From contig OX597819.1 in NCBI GenBank assembly GCA_951406725.2, positions 58,032,001 to 58,096,000 of the forward strand: a stretch of 64,000 nucleotides of DNA, written 5' to 3'. Every line of letters starts with the position of its first letter. Position 1 is the first letter of the stretch. Below, piece by piece: positions 26,013-40,403 of the stretch. The DNA comes from Octopus vulgaris. Its lineage: Eukaryota. Position numbers and translations under genes: made by a program. Under the pieces are notes generated by a model. It was not told where the DNA came from, ran no database searches, and saw only the letters and a program-made list of their open reading frames with translations.

Positions 26013-27401
26013 GTATGGAAGCATCAAGAAATTAAGTTCTACAGAAATTTAGTTTCAAGTGTCCGGATATACCAATTATGGTTTGGCCAGTTTCGTCCGG
26101 AAATTTTTCTTTCGCATTCTACCCTCAACTTGAAGAACCAAGCTCTGTCAATATTGAGTTTCTGAAAGGCGGTGAGCTGGCAGAAACGTTAGTACGCCGG
26201 GCGAAATGTTTAGCAACATTTCGTCTGTCTTTACGTCCTGAGTTCAAATTCCGCCGAGGTAGAATTTGCCGTTCATCCTTTCGGGGTCGATAAATTAAGT
26301 AACAGTTACGTACTGGGGTCGATTTAATCGACTGGACCACTCCGCAAAAAATTCGGGCCTTGTGCCTAGAGTAGAAAAGAATATTAACATAGCTGGGTGA
26401 ATTTGCCTGTCATCCTTTCGGGGTCGATAAATTAAGTACCAGTTGCGCACTGGGATCGATCTAATCGACTGGCCCCTTCCCAAAAAATTTGGGGCCTTGT
26501 GCATAGAGTAGAAAAGAATATTGAGCTTCTGAAAACTGAAGATGAGGAAAATCTCAAGCAAACTGCATGCGAATTACGAATATAATTCAATCATTAAACA
26601 CTTGTACGAACGAGAGAAGTGCCTAAACTTGGTTAGTGGCTACCTCCCCATTTAACTGCTCCTTAGCTTCATCAAATAGCTTCGGAATTATTAGAGTGTC
26701 GAACAAAATGCATTACGGTATTTCTTTCGACTCTGAGGTCAAACTGCACCGAGATCGATAAAATAACGTGCCAATCAATTACCAGGGTCAATGGTATTGA
26801 CTACTCCTCTCCTCAAAATTGTTGACTTCGTACTAAAATCAGAAACCATTATGATTATTGTTATTGTTGTTGCTCTTGTTGTTCCTCATATTTCTATTGT
26901 TGTTAAGACGGCGAACTGGCAGAGTCGTTAACATGCCGGAGAGAAATGCTTAGCGGCATTTCGTCCGTCTTTACGTTCTGAGTTCAAATTCCAACCAGGT
27001 CGACTTTGACTTTCATCATTTTGTGGTCGATAACATAAGTACCAGTTGAGCACTGGGGCTGATATCATCGACTTAACTCCCCCCACCCCATGAAATTGCT
27101 GGCCTTGTGCCAAAATTTGAAACTAACATTAATCCTGGTCTCGGTGGTTGTGGTCTTGGTGGTGGTGGTGGTGGTGGTGGTGGCGGTGCAGAGTAGCGAC
27201 TAGTCGATTACATCGACCCCAGTGTTTAACTGGTACTTATTTCATCGCCCGCGAAAGGACGAAGGGCAAAGACGACCTCGGCAGTATTTGAACTCAGAAC
27301 GTGGAGGCAGACGAAATACCGCTCAGCATTTCGCCCGACATGCAAACGATTCTGCCAGCTCACCGCCTTAATACTACAACTACTACTACTACTACTACTA
27401 C

Positions 27402-27472
<71 letters not shown>

Positions 27473-27810
27473 TTATAATAGCCAGTACCATCACCTTCCT
27501 TATCATAAACACTACCAACATCATCATCATCGTATTCATTATCATCATCGCTACCACTTCATAATTATTGTCACCTCTCTCACCATCACAATCATTACCA
27601 GCATCTTAGTCAGCAACATCATCATCACCATCATCACCATCATCACCGCTACCATCACTAACAAGAACAACAGCAACATCATCATCATCACCATCATCAC
27701 TGCCACCACCGCCACCACCAGCACCACCACCATCATCATCATCGTCATCGCCTTCACTCTCAACATCATCGTGCATCCCATAATCGTAGTCATTAACCGC
27801 AAGTCTACAG

Positions 27811-27871
<61 letters not shown>

Positions 27872-28183
27872 TTTATTACCACCAGCACTATGGCAATCCT
27901 CCTCATCGTCGTCGTCGTTACTATCCACTCCAATTTCTCTGTAAGTATTCAAACCAAAATCAAAAGAAAGATATTTGGAAGATAGGCAGTCTTGGAGCCA
28001 AAGTCGGAGATATATCTTCCTCTGTTGTTTTGTTACTTTTCTTCTTTTATTTCATCTTACCAATGATCAAATGCAGAAGTCAGAATGGTATTTCCATAAT
28101 TCTTCAAATGAACTAAAATCCAAGACCTCTTGCAGGCACAAACTTCTCCTCCACATTTCTACATCTCCTTTTCGACTTCCTCA

Positions 28184-28217
<34 letters not shown>

Positions 28218-28219
28218 TC

Positions 28220-28388
28220 TCTCTCTGATCTTCATCTTCCCACTCTTTCCATAACTGCTCTCACTTTCTAAATTTCTCCCTTTCTCTCCCTCTAACGCCT
28301 CCCTCTCTCTCTCTCTCTCTCTCTCTGTCTCTGATCTTCATCTTCCTACTCTTTACCTACCTGCTCTCGCTTTCTAAATTTCTCCCTT

Positions 28389-28400
<12 letters not shown>
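28220..28400. repeat. Short tandem duplication (~75-bp unique core between CT repeats)
   Basis: CTGATCTTCATCTTCC.ACTCTTT..CTGCTCTC.CTTTCTAAATTTCTCCCTTTCTCTCCCTCT occurs twice. Confidence 0.88.
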
Positions 28401-28423
<23 letters not shown>

Positions 28424-28851
28424 TCTCATTCTCTCTCTCGCACACACACAAACACACACACACATTCACACACACTCACACAATCACTTTCATCTCTTGT
28501 TTTCTCTCATTAATCTAGCTTCATTTCACAACTCGCAAACACATGCAGTCACTCATTCCCACACAAACACACGCACAGACGTGTATCAACATGAACATAT
28601 ACGCATTCATATACACATGCAGACACTCGTTCTTCTTGCACGCTAAATCACTTTCAAGTTTATATATATATATGCATACACAAACTTGCCTTCCTCTTTA
28701 TTTTCTGCTGCGCTGATATCATTAGATATACATATAAATATACATACATGTATATATATATGTATATATATATTTACAGAAATACTTATAAGTATACATA
28801 CATGCACACACACACATACATACATACATACACACATACATACACACACAC

Positions 28852-28951
<100 letters not shown>

Positions 28952-30428
28952 GGATATATATATGTATGTATATATTTCAAAGAATGTTTTGCAAAGAATT
29001 CTTGATACATTTACAATATTTGAAGAGAGATTTTCTTAAATTAAAAGTTATCAATTATATATAAAAAAAATCTTAAAACGCAAATATTTTGGGAAAGTAA
29101 GTTTTCTTTTTCTGTTAAGCGCTTTCACTTTCTACAGCTTTTCAAACTCAAGTGTTATTGAGTATATATGTATATGACGTGGTGAAAGCTTGTTTACAAA
29201 TGAGAAAAGTACTCAGCACATAGATTATAATGTGTATGTGTGTATGTGTGTGCGCGCGCGTGTTTGATGCTGAAGCTTCTTGAATGAAAACTAGGCGTTG
29301 TATGTTTCCGTGTGAACATACAATTGATGATTAGAATCAGTGCTACAGACTATAAAAGTAATTATTGTAGCACTACTACGTTTCAATAAGCGTTTCGGCA
29401 ATCGTAACCCTGAGACACAGAGATACAATTCGAAAAGTTGCAGTTTCTCAGTGTACGTAGTCTATAGTTAGAGTGTTTGGCTATCATAAGTTCACAGATT
29501 TAATTCGAGAAGCAGGCAGCGTGCTGCGTCTTCAAGTAATGCCCTCCGCTTTCACCAAAAACTATTCACACACATACTCATTCTGCTGCTTGGCATGTTG
29601 AATTTATGTGCCATCATGGCCGCAGTCAAATGACTAAAGCAAGACAAACATAAAACATAAAACAAAAATATTAGTTCGTCAAAAGCACTTCACTGTTCAG
29701 TCTTTAGTACTTCATAAACTCACACGTATAATTATTCATAACGATCGAGCTATATACCATTAACATTTAACATTAATATTAAAGCTAATGCTAACCCTTA
29801 ATTTTACCTAAACCTACTAATTCAGAATTGAAAACTATTGATTAAAAATTGAACTGCAGATACTAAAACGATAAAACTAAAATCTATCTCCTACCAACCC
29901 AAAATTTAATATAATCGTTAACCATTGATCAGTTGTCTCCCTTCCCAACACAAACCACACCACATGACCCTTTAGAAACCTAAAAAAATCATTTAATGAC
30001 CTTGATATTAACAGGCAAATCAATAAAATATCATTTAGACACGAAATACAAAACCCACCACTCACAACAGTACTTACACACTTAATGTTCACTACCATGC
30101 TAATTCCATATTTGGTATTACTGTTACTCTTTTTGCACCACCACCTCCCTCTTTCTCATTTATTCATCAGTATTTTTATTATCTTCATTTAAAAAAAAAA
30201 TTATCCCTATAGTTTCATTATTTTTAATCTATTCATCTTAAACATTTTACTATTCATTATTTATTTGGTTCGTTTTTCTTCTTTTTTTCGGTCCTCCTCC
30301 TGTTGTTTTGATTAATCCCCAACTTTGGCGTAAAGAAATTCCTCTTCTCATTTTGGTTCTATAATAACAATTACTCTCATCCGCCGGCAAATCAAGTACA
30401 TCAATGTAAAATCCACTACACTTACTAC

Positions 30429-30467
30429 TGTCTGATGAACCAAGCACGGCGAAACTTCGAAGTCACA
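30429..30467 (+). ncRNA. Minimal type I hammerhead ribozyme motif (best-preserved copy)
   Basis: tgt-CTGATGA-acc aagcac ggc-GAAA-cttcgaa-GTC-aca. The catalytic boxes are intact, stem III is a palindrome (ACTTCGAAGT), the cleavage triplet is GUC, and stem I is 3 bp. Confidence 0.72.
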
Positions 30468-30820
30468 TTTAAATTTTATTAAAAATTTTTCACTTTGATT
30501 ACTTTCTTCACTTAAAGTTTTCTGTTTTCTTCACTAAGAACCATACATTTTACACACACACACGCACGCACACACACGCACGCACACACATACGTACGCA
30601 CACACACACGCACACACACACACACACAAACGTACATACACATACATATACACACATATACACACACACACATTTTAGAAATGCTATTCTTTTATTCTTT
30701 CATTTGTTTCAGTCATTTGGCTGCAGCCATGCTGGTGCACCGCCTTTAGTCGAACAAATCTACCCCAGGAGTTATTCCTTGTAAGCCTACTACTTATTCC
30801 ATCGATGGTGTACAAACGCA

Positions 30821-30883
<63 letters not shown>

Positions 30884-31345
30884 GTCGTTGTAGCAACACG
30901 TATTTGTTGTTTCCCGTGGCCATAAGGCACTCCTCTACATGCCAGCCCCAAACTCAACTCGTCCTGTCGAAAGACCCTCGTCCTACATCCTGGTTTTGCT
31001 TTTATCCTTACCATTATTGTTTTTACGTTTTTGTATTCTTATTCGTGCTTTCCTTATTTTTTTCACGTATTTTTGTATTTTTATTCGTGTACATCGTCCG
31101 TTTTCCGTCCTTGTATACATTCGAGGCTTTCTTCCAAGGGATCTAATGCGCTTGACTTAGATTTCCCTTGGTGGCTCCCCAGATCGGGGCAATCTCAAGA
31201 TTAATCAGCCGAAATTGCGAAGATGATCCGGTTCTTGACTGATGACTGAGGGCTTCGAATGTCCCGTCCTGTGGTTCTTGTGTCGTCTTCTAGGTGTTTC
31301 ACGTTCTTGTCCCAGTTTGTATATATTTTTTACTTTTTACATATA

Positions 31346-31418
<73 letters not shown>

Positions 31419-32496
31419 GACAGACTTCTTTCAGTTTCCGTCTACCAAATCCAATCACAAGGCTTTGATCGGCCCGAGGCTATAGTAGAAGACACTTGCC
31501 CAAGTTGCCACGCGGTGGGACTGAACCCGGAACCTTGTAGTTGATTAGCAAGCTACTTACCACACAGCCACTCTTGTTAAAATATTCCTAGATTATGCAG
31601 TGATCGTGGGTGATTAGAATGTTTATGAATATTATTGTAAGTCTTCTTTAAATTTTTGGTAGGAGTAATGCTTGCATCTATGAAGGTCTAATGTTACAAC
31701 TAGAAAATTAAATTCTTTGGTGTTGAAAGATTAACCGTTTTAAAGAGATTTTGCAAACCCTTACGAAGCATTTCTAACACTAACGGGTTAAAGCCCCATA
31801 ACACATCATCTATGTACAAACCTCTACTGGTTTTCATTGAATTCATCTTTTATCTGCTGTAACATGTATTATCCAACTAAATTTGTTACCTAGGATAAGA
31901 AAGAGAATCCCATCAATATGGTGAAGTCATACAATCTCGTTTTCTGGAATCAGAGATTCCCGTTGAAAATTTTCAAACATTTCTCAGTTGTTGATATAAT
32001 GTTAACTTCTTCTTTGCCCATGACGGCTATTTATGTGGCAAAAGATCAAAGCATTGTTTTGTAGATAAGGAGTGCATCAAAATATTACATACAGACAACT
32101 TACTTAATAGAAAAAGTGAGATTATACTTCCTAAATCCTCAGAAATCGAGATTTATATATCCTAGCAACCACAAACTAGCTAAATATAATACCCAGTAAA
32201 AATAGACAACCCGCAATAAAACTTCGAATTCCAGTTAACTGCCGATTATCCGGCATCGTTGAAACCTGGCACGAATATGAAAACTATTTTCATATAACAA
32301 ACAAAATTACAATATCTGCATTATGTACTGTAAGAAGTTCTCTACTCTCTAGGTGTGTGGCTAATGCGTGCAAGTGAGTGTGCGCATGCGTGTGTGTAAA
32401 TATAATGGATGTATGATATGAGAATAAGAAAGTAATGGAGATAGAAATTGCAGTACTTTCTGACTCACCTTCGTGCAACAGTGTATATGTATAATC

Positions 32497-33260
32497 CTTT
32501 CTATTATAGGCACAAGGCCTGCGGTTTTGTGGGAGGGGACTAGTCGTTTACATCGACCCCAGAATTTCACAAGTACTTAATTTAACGAAATGTTGAAAGG
32601 AAAAGTCGACCTCGGCGGATTTGAACTTGGAACGTAGCGATGGGCGAAATACCTATTTCTTTACTACCCACAAATGGATTAAGTCGATTATATCGACCCC
32701 AGTACGTAACTGGTACTTATTTAATCGACCCCGAAAGGATGAAAAGCAAAGTCGACCTCGGCGGAATTTGAACTCAGAACGTAGCGGCATGCGAAATACC
32801 GCTAGGCATTTCGCACGGTGTGCTAACGTTTCTGATATCTCGTGGCCTTTGATAATCAGTATATTCTTTCTACTCTAGGCATAAAGCCCGAATTTTGGGG
32901 GAGGAGGCCATCGATTAGATCGACCCCAGTGCGTAACTGGTACTTCATTTAAGGCCACCAAAAGGGTGAAAGGCAAAGTCGATCTAGGCGGAATTTGGAC
33001 TACGATCGTAAAGACAGACGTAATACCTATTTCTTTATTACCCACAAGAGGCTAAACATAGAGGGGACAAACAAGGACAGACGAACGGATTAAGTCGATT
33101 ACATCGACTCCAGTGCGTTACTGATGCTTAATTTATCGACCCCGAAAGGATGAAAGGCAAAGTCGACCTCGGTGGAATTTGAACTCGGAACGCCGCGGCG
33201 GTCGAAATACCACAAAGCATTTCGCCCGGCGTTCTAACGATTCTGCCAACTCCCCCGCCT
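32497..33260 (-). mobile_element. Two adjacent dimeric family-B SINE units (32497-32850, 32862-33260)
   Basis: Four copies of the core in the same orientation, with the identical internal junction AATAC/CTATTTCTTTA at ~32651 and ~33026. Confidence 0.8.
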
Positions 33261-33419
33261 TCTACAAGACAGAACTGATAGGAGTCATGCACAGACACTC
33301 GCTAAAAAAAAGCAAAAAAAAAAAGAAAAAGCGAGGTGTTAATGGCTTGAACGCGTTTCCACTTAGGACCTGCACAGCCAAGACTGATTTGATGTTAAAT
33401 ACCCACCTCTGCCGACAAC

Positions 33420-33455
<36 letters not shown>

Positions 33456-33462
33456 GCATCAG

Positions 33463-33521
<59 letters not shown>

Positions 33522-33911
33522 ACGTCATCATTTGCAGCAACAGTAAAAGCAGCCACAGCTTCAACAATGAATTCATGCACACTCAGGTTCGTCCAATTAC
33601 AGGCTCTCCTACTCCTTATACTCAGTCTCCCTTCTCTGTTTTTTTTCTCTCTCTCTCTCTCTGTCTCTTTCTCCCTCTCTCTCTTTCTCTCTCTCACTCT
33701 CTCTCTCTCTTTCTGTCTCTCTTTCTCTCCTTTCACACCTATGCTTGTCCCTATCTCTTCATCAATGTACCAATTTAGATATCGTTATTTTACTCGTATC
33801 TTTCACCTCATCTCTTATCAATTACTTTTATGCCTTTTTTATTTCACTTTTATATCTCTTTATCTTTCTATCTAGTTCTCATAATCTGCAGATTGTTTGT
33901 GTGTGTATGTG

Positions 33912-33974
<63 letters not shown>

Positions 33975-34118
33975 GTGTGTGCGTGTGTATTTGTGCGTTA
34001 GTGTTTCTGCGTGTGTATGAATATATATATATCCACACACACGCAGAAACACTAACGCACAAATATATATTCACACACCGTTATTATATCTGTGCGTGTG
34101 TGTAGATATATGTATATA

Positions 34119-34164
<46 letters not shown>

Positions 34165-34401
34165 TATATATGAGCACGCCTGTGTGTATAATGTATATAT
34201 GTAAATATATATATGTATACATGTATATATATATACTTGTGTATAAATATATGTAAATATAGATGTATATATATATGTGTGTGTGTGTGTGTATATGTGT
34301 ATATATACGTGTGTATATATATACGTATGTATTTATACGCATCTGTATACAAACATATGTATATACATACAGGTATGTTTCTTAATCGTCCATGATCTCT
34401 C

Positions 34402-34464
<63 letters not shown>

Positions 34465-34781
34465 TTATTTCTCTTTCTACTATAATAAAATAATCTAATC
34501 AAATGACTTTATTGCAGTTCCCGACATTGGTATTTATTTGGATTTTAAGCACATGTTGAGGGAGATTTTTTTTTTTGCTAATAACGTAGATAATCCCAAC
34601 AAATCGCAATCCTTCACTCAGTGTATTTACCTCTATGACACGAAACCCTTTTTTCTATGTTTATCATCGTGCATCGTTTCCTTCCCACAATTTTATTATA
34701 TTTCGATCTATAAAATCTTCGTCCATTGTTACAAAACTACGTTTGTATTCTTCTGAGAATATGTCTGCTTGATTGCCTCCT

Positions 34782-34825
<44 letters not shown>

Positions 34826-35183
34826 CCTCTCTCTCTCTTTATCTCTCTCTTTCTGTCTATCTATCTATCTATCCTTTCCTCTCTCTCTTTCTCTTTCATC
34901 TTATCAAAAATCTATTCTTTTATTCTCTTTATTGTTTCAGTCATTTGACTGCGGCCATGCTGGAGCACAGCCTTTAATCGGACGAATCACCCCCCAGAAC
35001 ACATTCTTTGTAAACCTAGTACTTATTATATCGGATCTCTTTGGTCGAACCAGCATCGGTTGTCAAGCGATGGTGGGGGAATGAACACAGACACACAAAC
35101 ATATATATACATGACGGGCTTCTTTCAGTTTCCGTCTGCCAAATGCACTCACTAGATTCTGGCCGGCTCGCAGCTGTAGTAGA

Positions 35184-35272
<89 letters not shown>

Positions 35273-35561
35273 CTGTATATATACGTAGTAGACTTTCCAT
35301 ATGACAACATATGAAGGTTCCGCAATTTCTTGCTGAACGACCCACACACATGATTTGTTCATACTGTACGTTAGCACACTCTTACCGTCTAATCGACATT
35401 TTCTGTATAAGTGCCCAGTGTGCTGCCAGACGTCACATGATGAGGTGGTTGCACAGCGAGTCGAACATTTGCTTCAGAACACAAAGCAGCACCCTGTACG
35501 GGAATCGAAACCACGATCTTGCCATTGTGCGAGCAACACCCTAACCACTATGTAAAGCGCG

Positions 35562-35596
<35 letters not shown>

Positions 35597-36150
35597 CTAC
35601 ATCCACACACACATACATATTGTGTAATAAGCTCGTGTAAACAATAACATAATAAAATAAATGCGCCCTTTTAGAGCCTAGCCAGGCTCACGGGCCCGGT
35701 TTCCCGGTTTCAATGGCGTATGTGTTCCCGAGCTGGGCGGGACGCCAGTCGATTGTAGCGTTACTCATTTTTGCCACCTGAGTGGACTGGAGCAACGTGA
35801 AATGAAGTGTTTTGCTCAAGAACACAACGCGTCGCCTGGTCCAGGAATCGAAACCACAATCTTACGATCATGATGATGACGCCCTAACCACTAAGCCATA
35901 CGCCTCCACCGTGTGAACAATACTGCGAATTAAACAAACTTGTACATCAGTTGAAATATGTTTGCGACGTATTTGACCTGTAAAAATAACATTTTCATTG
36001 CAGTTTTGTGTGAAGAGAATTCTCGCTTTAGGCAATAGGCGTTAAAACGCCAGCAGTCATTTCAGTGAAAATGGCCTTTCACGCGCATATTTGAACTGAT
36101 CTAAAGGTTTAACAAACATACATTCATACATACATACATATACGTACATG

Positions 36151-36227
<77 letters not shown>

Positions 36228-36400
36228 TTAAGCAGCTATAAAATCCTTGCTTTCAGTAACAGTTCACGTTGGAGTTTTAGGCTTCTAGTCAATCTTGAGC
36301 ACTAAACGTATGTACCTATTACTTTATCTCAATGGCTTTTAACCGGGGTTCTTAACGATCCTTGGGGATACGCATAAGATTTTGCTGTTAACAATTATTT

Positions 36401-36807
36401 CTCTTTTATTTCTCGTTTACCTGTTTCAGTCATTTGACTGCGACCATGCTGGAGCGCCGCTTTTTAGCCGAACGAATCGATCCCAGGACTTATTCTTTGT
36501 AAGCCTAGTTCTTATTCTATCGGATGTCTTTTGCTGAACCGCTAAGTTACGGGGACGTAAACACACCAACATCGGTTGTCAAGCAATGTTGGGGGACAAA
36601 CACAGACACACAAACATATACATACACATATATATTCATATATACGACGGGCTTCTTTCAGTTTCCGTCTACCAAATCCACTCACAAGGCTTTGGTCGGC
36701 CCGCAGCTATAGTAGAAGACACTTGCCCATGGTGCCATGCAGTGGGACTGAATCCAGAACCATGTGGTTGGTAAGCAAGCTACTTACCACACAGCCACTC
36801 CTGGGCC
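36401..36807 (-). mobile_element. SINE family A (full length)
   Basis: Reverse complement of the family consensus, inserted in a hAT-like MITE. Confidence 0.9.
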
Positions 36808-36959
36808 TATAATAGGATGTTTTTAAACAGGGAATAACTATGAGGTTACACTCGAGCAAAATAGGAATCAAATGGGTTCATAGATTAAAAATGTTTGAGA
36901 ACTGGTGCTTTATCTCATCGGAAGTGATGTTAATTGAATTCTCACTCTTTCTCTCTCTT

Positions 36960-37014
<55 letters not shown>

Positions 37015-37122
37015 CTATCTATTTATGCATGTATGTATGCATGTATATATCTACTGCATATGTGGAAAATCGGTGTGTGTTTGTTTGTAGCATTACATCG
37101 TTTTATTGATTTTGATAAAACT

Positions 37123-37539
37123 TAACACGTGAGTAGAACTCATGGCTGGTAACCTTGTGACATGCTTAGATTGTTGAAAATAATACAGCCCCTGGAAGGA
37201 ACATTTATATCTACCTCATATAATTAATTTTTTTAAATATCCAAAGGAAATAATCCATAGCACCTATGCAATATTTTTTTTAACACTCAAGGGAAATTGT
37301 TTATGTTCAATTACCTTGAATATTGATTTTTTTCTGTGTCCTATTCCTAACTTTTGCAGACAATATCACTTTTATACTTTATTTGACACGTGAGTAAAAT
37401 TTATGTCTGGAAATCTCGTGACATACTTAGATTATTGATAAAATCGATAATAGGGCCCCTCCAATGGATCCTTATTTCTACTATATATTACTAATATTTT
37501 ATTAAAGCAACTCAAGGGAAATAATCCATACCACCTGCA
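37123..37539. repeat. Old diverged direct duplication (37123-37270 vs 37384-37539)
   Basis: Both copies share ACACGTGAGTA.AA..ATG.CTGG.AA..GTGACAT.CTTAGATT.TTGA and AAG/GGAAATAATCCATA.CACCT. Confidence 0.8.
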
Positions 37540-37865
37540 GATTTTAGTGAAGCGATCCATATTTGATTCTCACGATCAGCCGACATAATTCTGCATTTCA
37601 CTACTCACAGTTTTTAACTTCTAAACGTTATTATTGCACTTCCTTAATTTGAATCTTAAACCTTCAAGACTTTATTCATACATTTCTATACATACTTTTT
37701 TGAATGCCCATTACTCCGATAATTCTGCATTTTGACAGTTACACTTTTTCCATGTCAGTAGAAAAATTTTTTATTGTACTATTTCCTTACACCTTAATAC
37801 TTGGATCTTACTTTTACATATCTCTCTCTATATATAAATATATATACATATATATACACACACAC

Positions 37866-37898
<33 letters not shown>

Positions 37899-38117
37899 TG
37901 TGTGTATGTGTGTATGTATATGAAGGAGCGTGATGTGGCGGCTTTGGCTGTTGCACTCACGACTCGATCGAAGAATCGTGGTTTCGAATTCCAGACCAGC
38001 AATTAACCAGCTCCACTTGAAAAGGGGAGATAATATCACGATTCAAGGATCCTCCGAAGTTGCCATGCCATTAAGGAAAGAGAGAGGTTTATTGTTTGAA
38101 GATAAGAAGACAGTTGA

Positions 38118-38154
38118 GGATACGCGTTCCTGGCTCAGTAGCCGTCTTCAGCAC
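38118..38154 (-). ncRNA. Degenerate minimal hammerhead-like motif
   Basis: CTGAAGA-c-ggct actg agcc-a-GGAA-cgcg-TA, with palindromic ACGCGT stem III. GAAA is mutated to GGAA and stem I is poor. Confidence 0.5.
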
Positions 38155-38459
38155 GAAACGTTTATTGACAAAAACATATTTATTTTCTTGTGTTCATGTC
38201 ACTGAGGTCCACTACTATAACATGAGTTATTCCTTAAATCAACCATCCAAAAATACCATTCTCAATCAAAATACCATTAACAGTTATTTTTAATAACTAT
38301 AACTGTTTCTGCTGTAAATTTTGGCACAATGCCAGCAGTTTCGATGAGAAGATAAGTCGTTTACATCGACTAACAGGCGGTGCTCCTGCATGGCCGCAGT
38401 CAAATGGCTGAAACAAATAAAAGGACACAAAGAATATAGTATATATTGCAAGAAGCAAC

Positions 38460-38632
38460 TGGGATTCTTTCTCCAACATTTTACACAATTCAATCTATAT
38501 AAGTTAATAGGAATTTCGAAAGAAATTTCTATAAAACTATTTTTGAAGCATCGAATGACTATGGGGCTCCAGCAGAATAAAATAGTAATCAAAAGGGTCC
38601 CTAGATAAATAAAAAATGGTTGAGAACCCCTG
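38460..38632 (+). mobile_element. hAT (Charlie-like) MITE right half; related copies at 36330-36905 (SINE-interrupted) and 61994-62240
   Basis: Ends GGTTGAGAACCCCTG (TIR = CAGGGGTTCTCAACC). The internal GAATG.CTATG.GG..AATAG.AAT.AAA.GGGTCC motif is shared by three loci. Confidence 0.62.
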
Positions 38633-40166
38633 TTTTAGAGGGAAGGATGTGGTTTGTGGAACAACAATTGGTTGCTATTTCAACAGGTCATGGTATTTAT
38701 TATTGTTGGTATTGTTGACTGCAGTGTATTCTTAGTGGAAATGATGTTTTTGTTGTTGGGAGTGTCGGTGGTGGTGGTGGTGGTGGCGGTGAGGGTATTA
38801 GTGTTTGGGGTGATGGTAGCGAATGTGATATTGATGTTTAGCGGTGTTGGGATGTTGATGGGGAGAGATGATGCTGTTGGTGTAACGTTTTATGGACATT
38901 ATTATTGCTCTTCATTCTATTGTACTTGTTATATTGGTGGTGGTGAAAGTAGCCTCGTTTACGGTGGTGGTGGTGGTTGTGGTGGTGGTGGTACAGTGGC
39001 AGCAAAGACGGCGGCGGCGGTGGTGCTAGTAGTGGAGGTGGTACCAGGGCTACTTCATTAATAGGGATGGTGGTGGTTCTGTTGATTGCGGTGGTGTCTG
39101 CGCAGATAGTGGTGGTGGTAGTTGCGGTGGTGTCTGCGCAGATAGTGATGGTGGTGGTGGTGGTGGTGATGATGATGGGTCATCGTCGTCGTCGTCATAG
39201 TCGTGTGGGATTCGTGAGTGATGATGGTGATGCTGCTTCTACAGTTATTCTTGCATGTGGTCTCCATATTCGTATTGATACTAGTGGTATTTTAATGACT
39301 GCGTTTTCTATGGATCTTTATTTTTTTTATTACCCTTCTTCAACTTCATTCTCTTATTGTTATCACAATTGATGCTGTTCTTATTGTTGTTATATTCCTG
39401 TTGCTGCTGCCTTGTTGATATTATTGTTTTCCTTATGTTCCTCTCTGTGTGTGTGTGTGTGTTTATTTCTCTTTATTCAGTTTGGTGTTGCTGATGCCGT
39501 TATTGCCTTGCTGTCCTTTTCTTGTGCCCGTTGGTGGAGGCAATAAAACTGCAGTGTGCTTCTTTTATAGATTCTCTTTTAAATGCAGCAAGTGATAGCA
39601 TCGCCGAAAAACCGATCTAAACGCTTCACTGTATACAGTTTAATCCCCACTCTCTCCCGTCCACGACTTTATGGGTTATTTTTATATCATTTTATTTTAT
39701 ATAGCCTTTTGGTGAATAATAGCGTCGTTGGTTGGTAACAGGTTTCCAAGGGGACAATCATTGGTTCACTGCATTTCTAGCAGCGAGAGTGACGAGGGAT
39801 TCAATGCGTAACTCAAGCGGAACGAATCCCGCCCAGCAAATTTTTATTCTAAATCTACAAACACACAAACACATACACATACATACACACACATACACAT
39901 ACGCACACACATGCACATACATAGAAACACAGCCAAACGTAGCACATTTTCTGAATGTGTTTTTACTATTTTTTTCAGTTTCCGTCTACCGAATGCACTC
40001 ACAAGGCTTTGGTTGGCCCGAGGCTATAGTAGAAAACACTTGCTCAAGGTGCCATGCAGTGGGATTGAACCCGGAACCATGTGGTCGGTAAGCAAGCTAC
40101 TTACCACACAACCACTCCCGCGCCTATGTATGGCAAAAAAATTAGGAGTTACGTAATCACACTCTT

Positions 40167-40252
40167 TAGCTTACAGTTGTATCTGCTATAAAAAAAAACA
40201 TTCGACTCACATCTCAGTGTTTGTGCAATTCTTTATAACTTCTTCAGAGTTA
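40167..40252 (-). ncRNA. Degenerate hammerhead-like motif with extended loop II
   Basis: taact-CTGAAGA-a-gttata..(long loop)..tatagc-a-GATA-caactg-TA-agcta. Confidence 0.5.
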
Positions 40253-40253
40253 T

Positions 40254-40284
<31 letters not shown>

Positions 40285-40287
40285 CAC

Positions 40288-40350
<63 letters not shown>

Positions 40351-40403
40351 AAACAAGATAAAAATAATGGTCGTAACATATAATTCCTTTATTAGAGCAA
40401 ATT

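Noticed and set aside
31235-31270. CTGATGA...GAATGTC as a hammerhead
   Set aside because: No GAAA box and no convincing stems I/II.
39085-39150. 33-bp direct repeat as a CRISPR-like array
   Set aside because: It is only two adjacent copies within a GGT-rich tract, with no spacers, in eukaryotic context.
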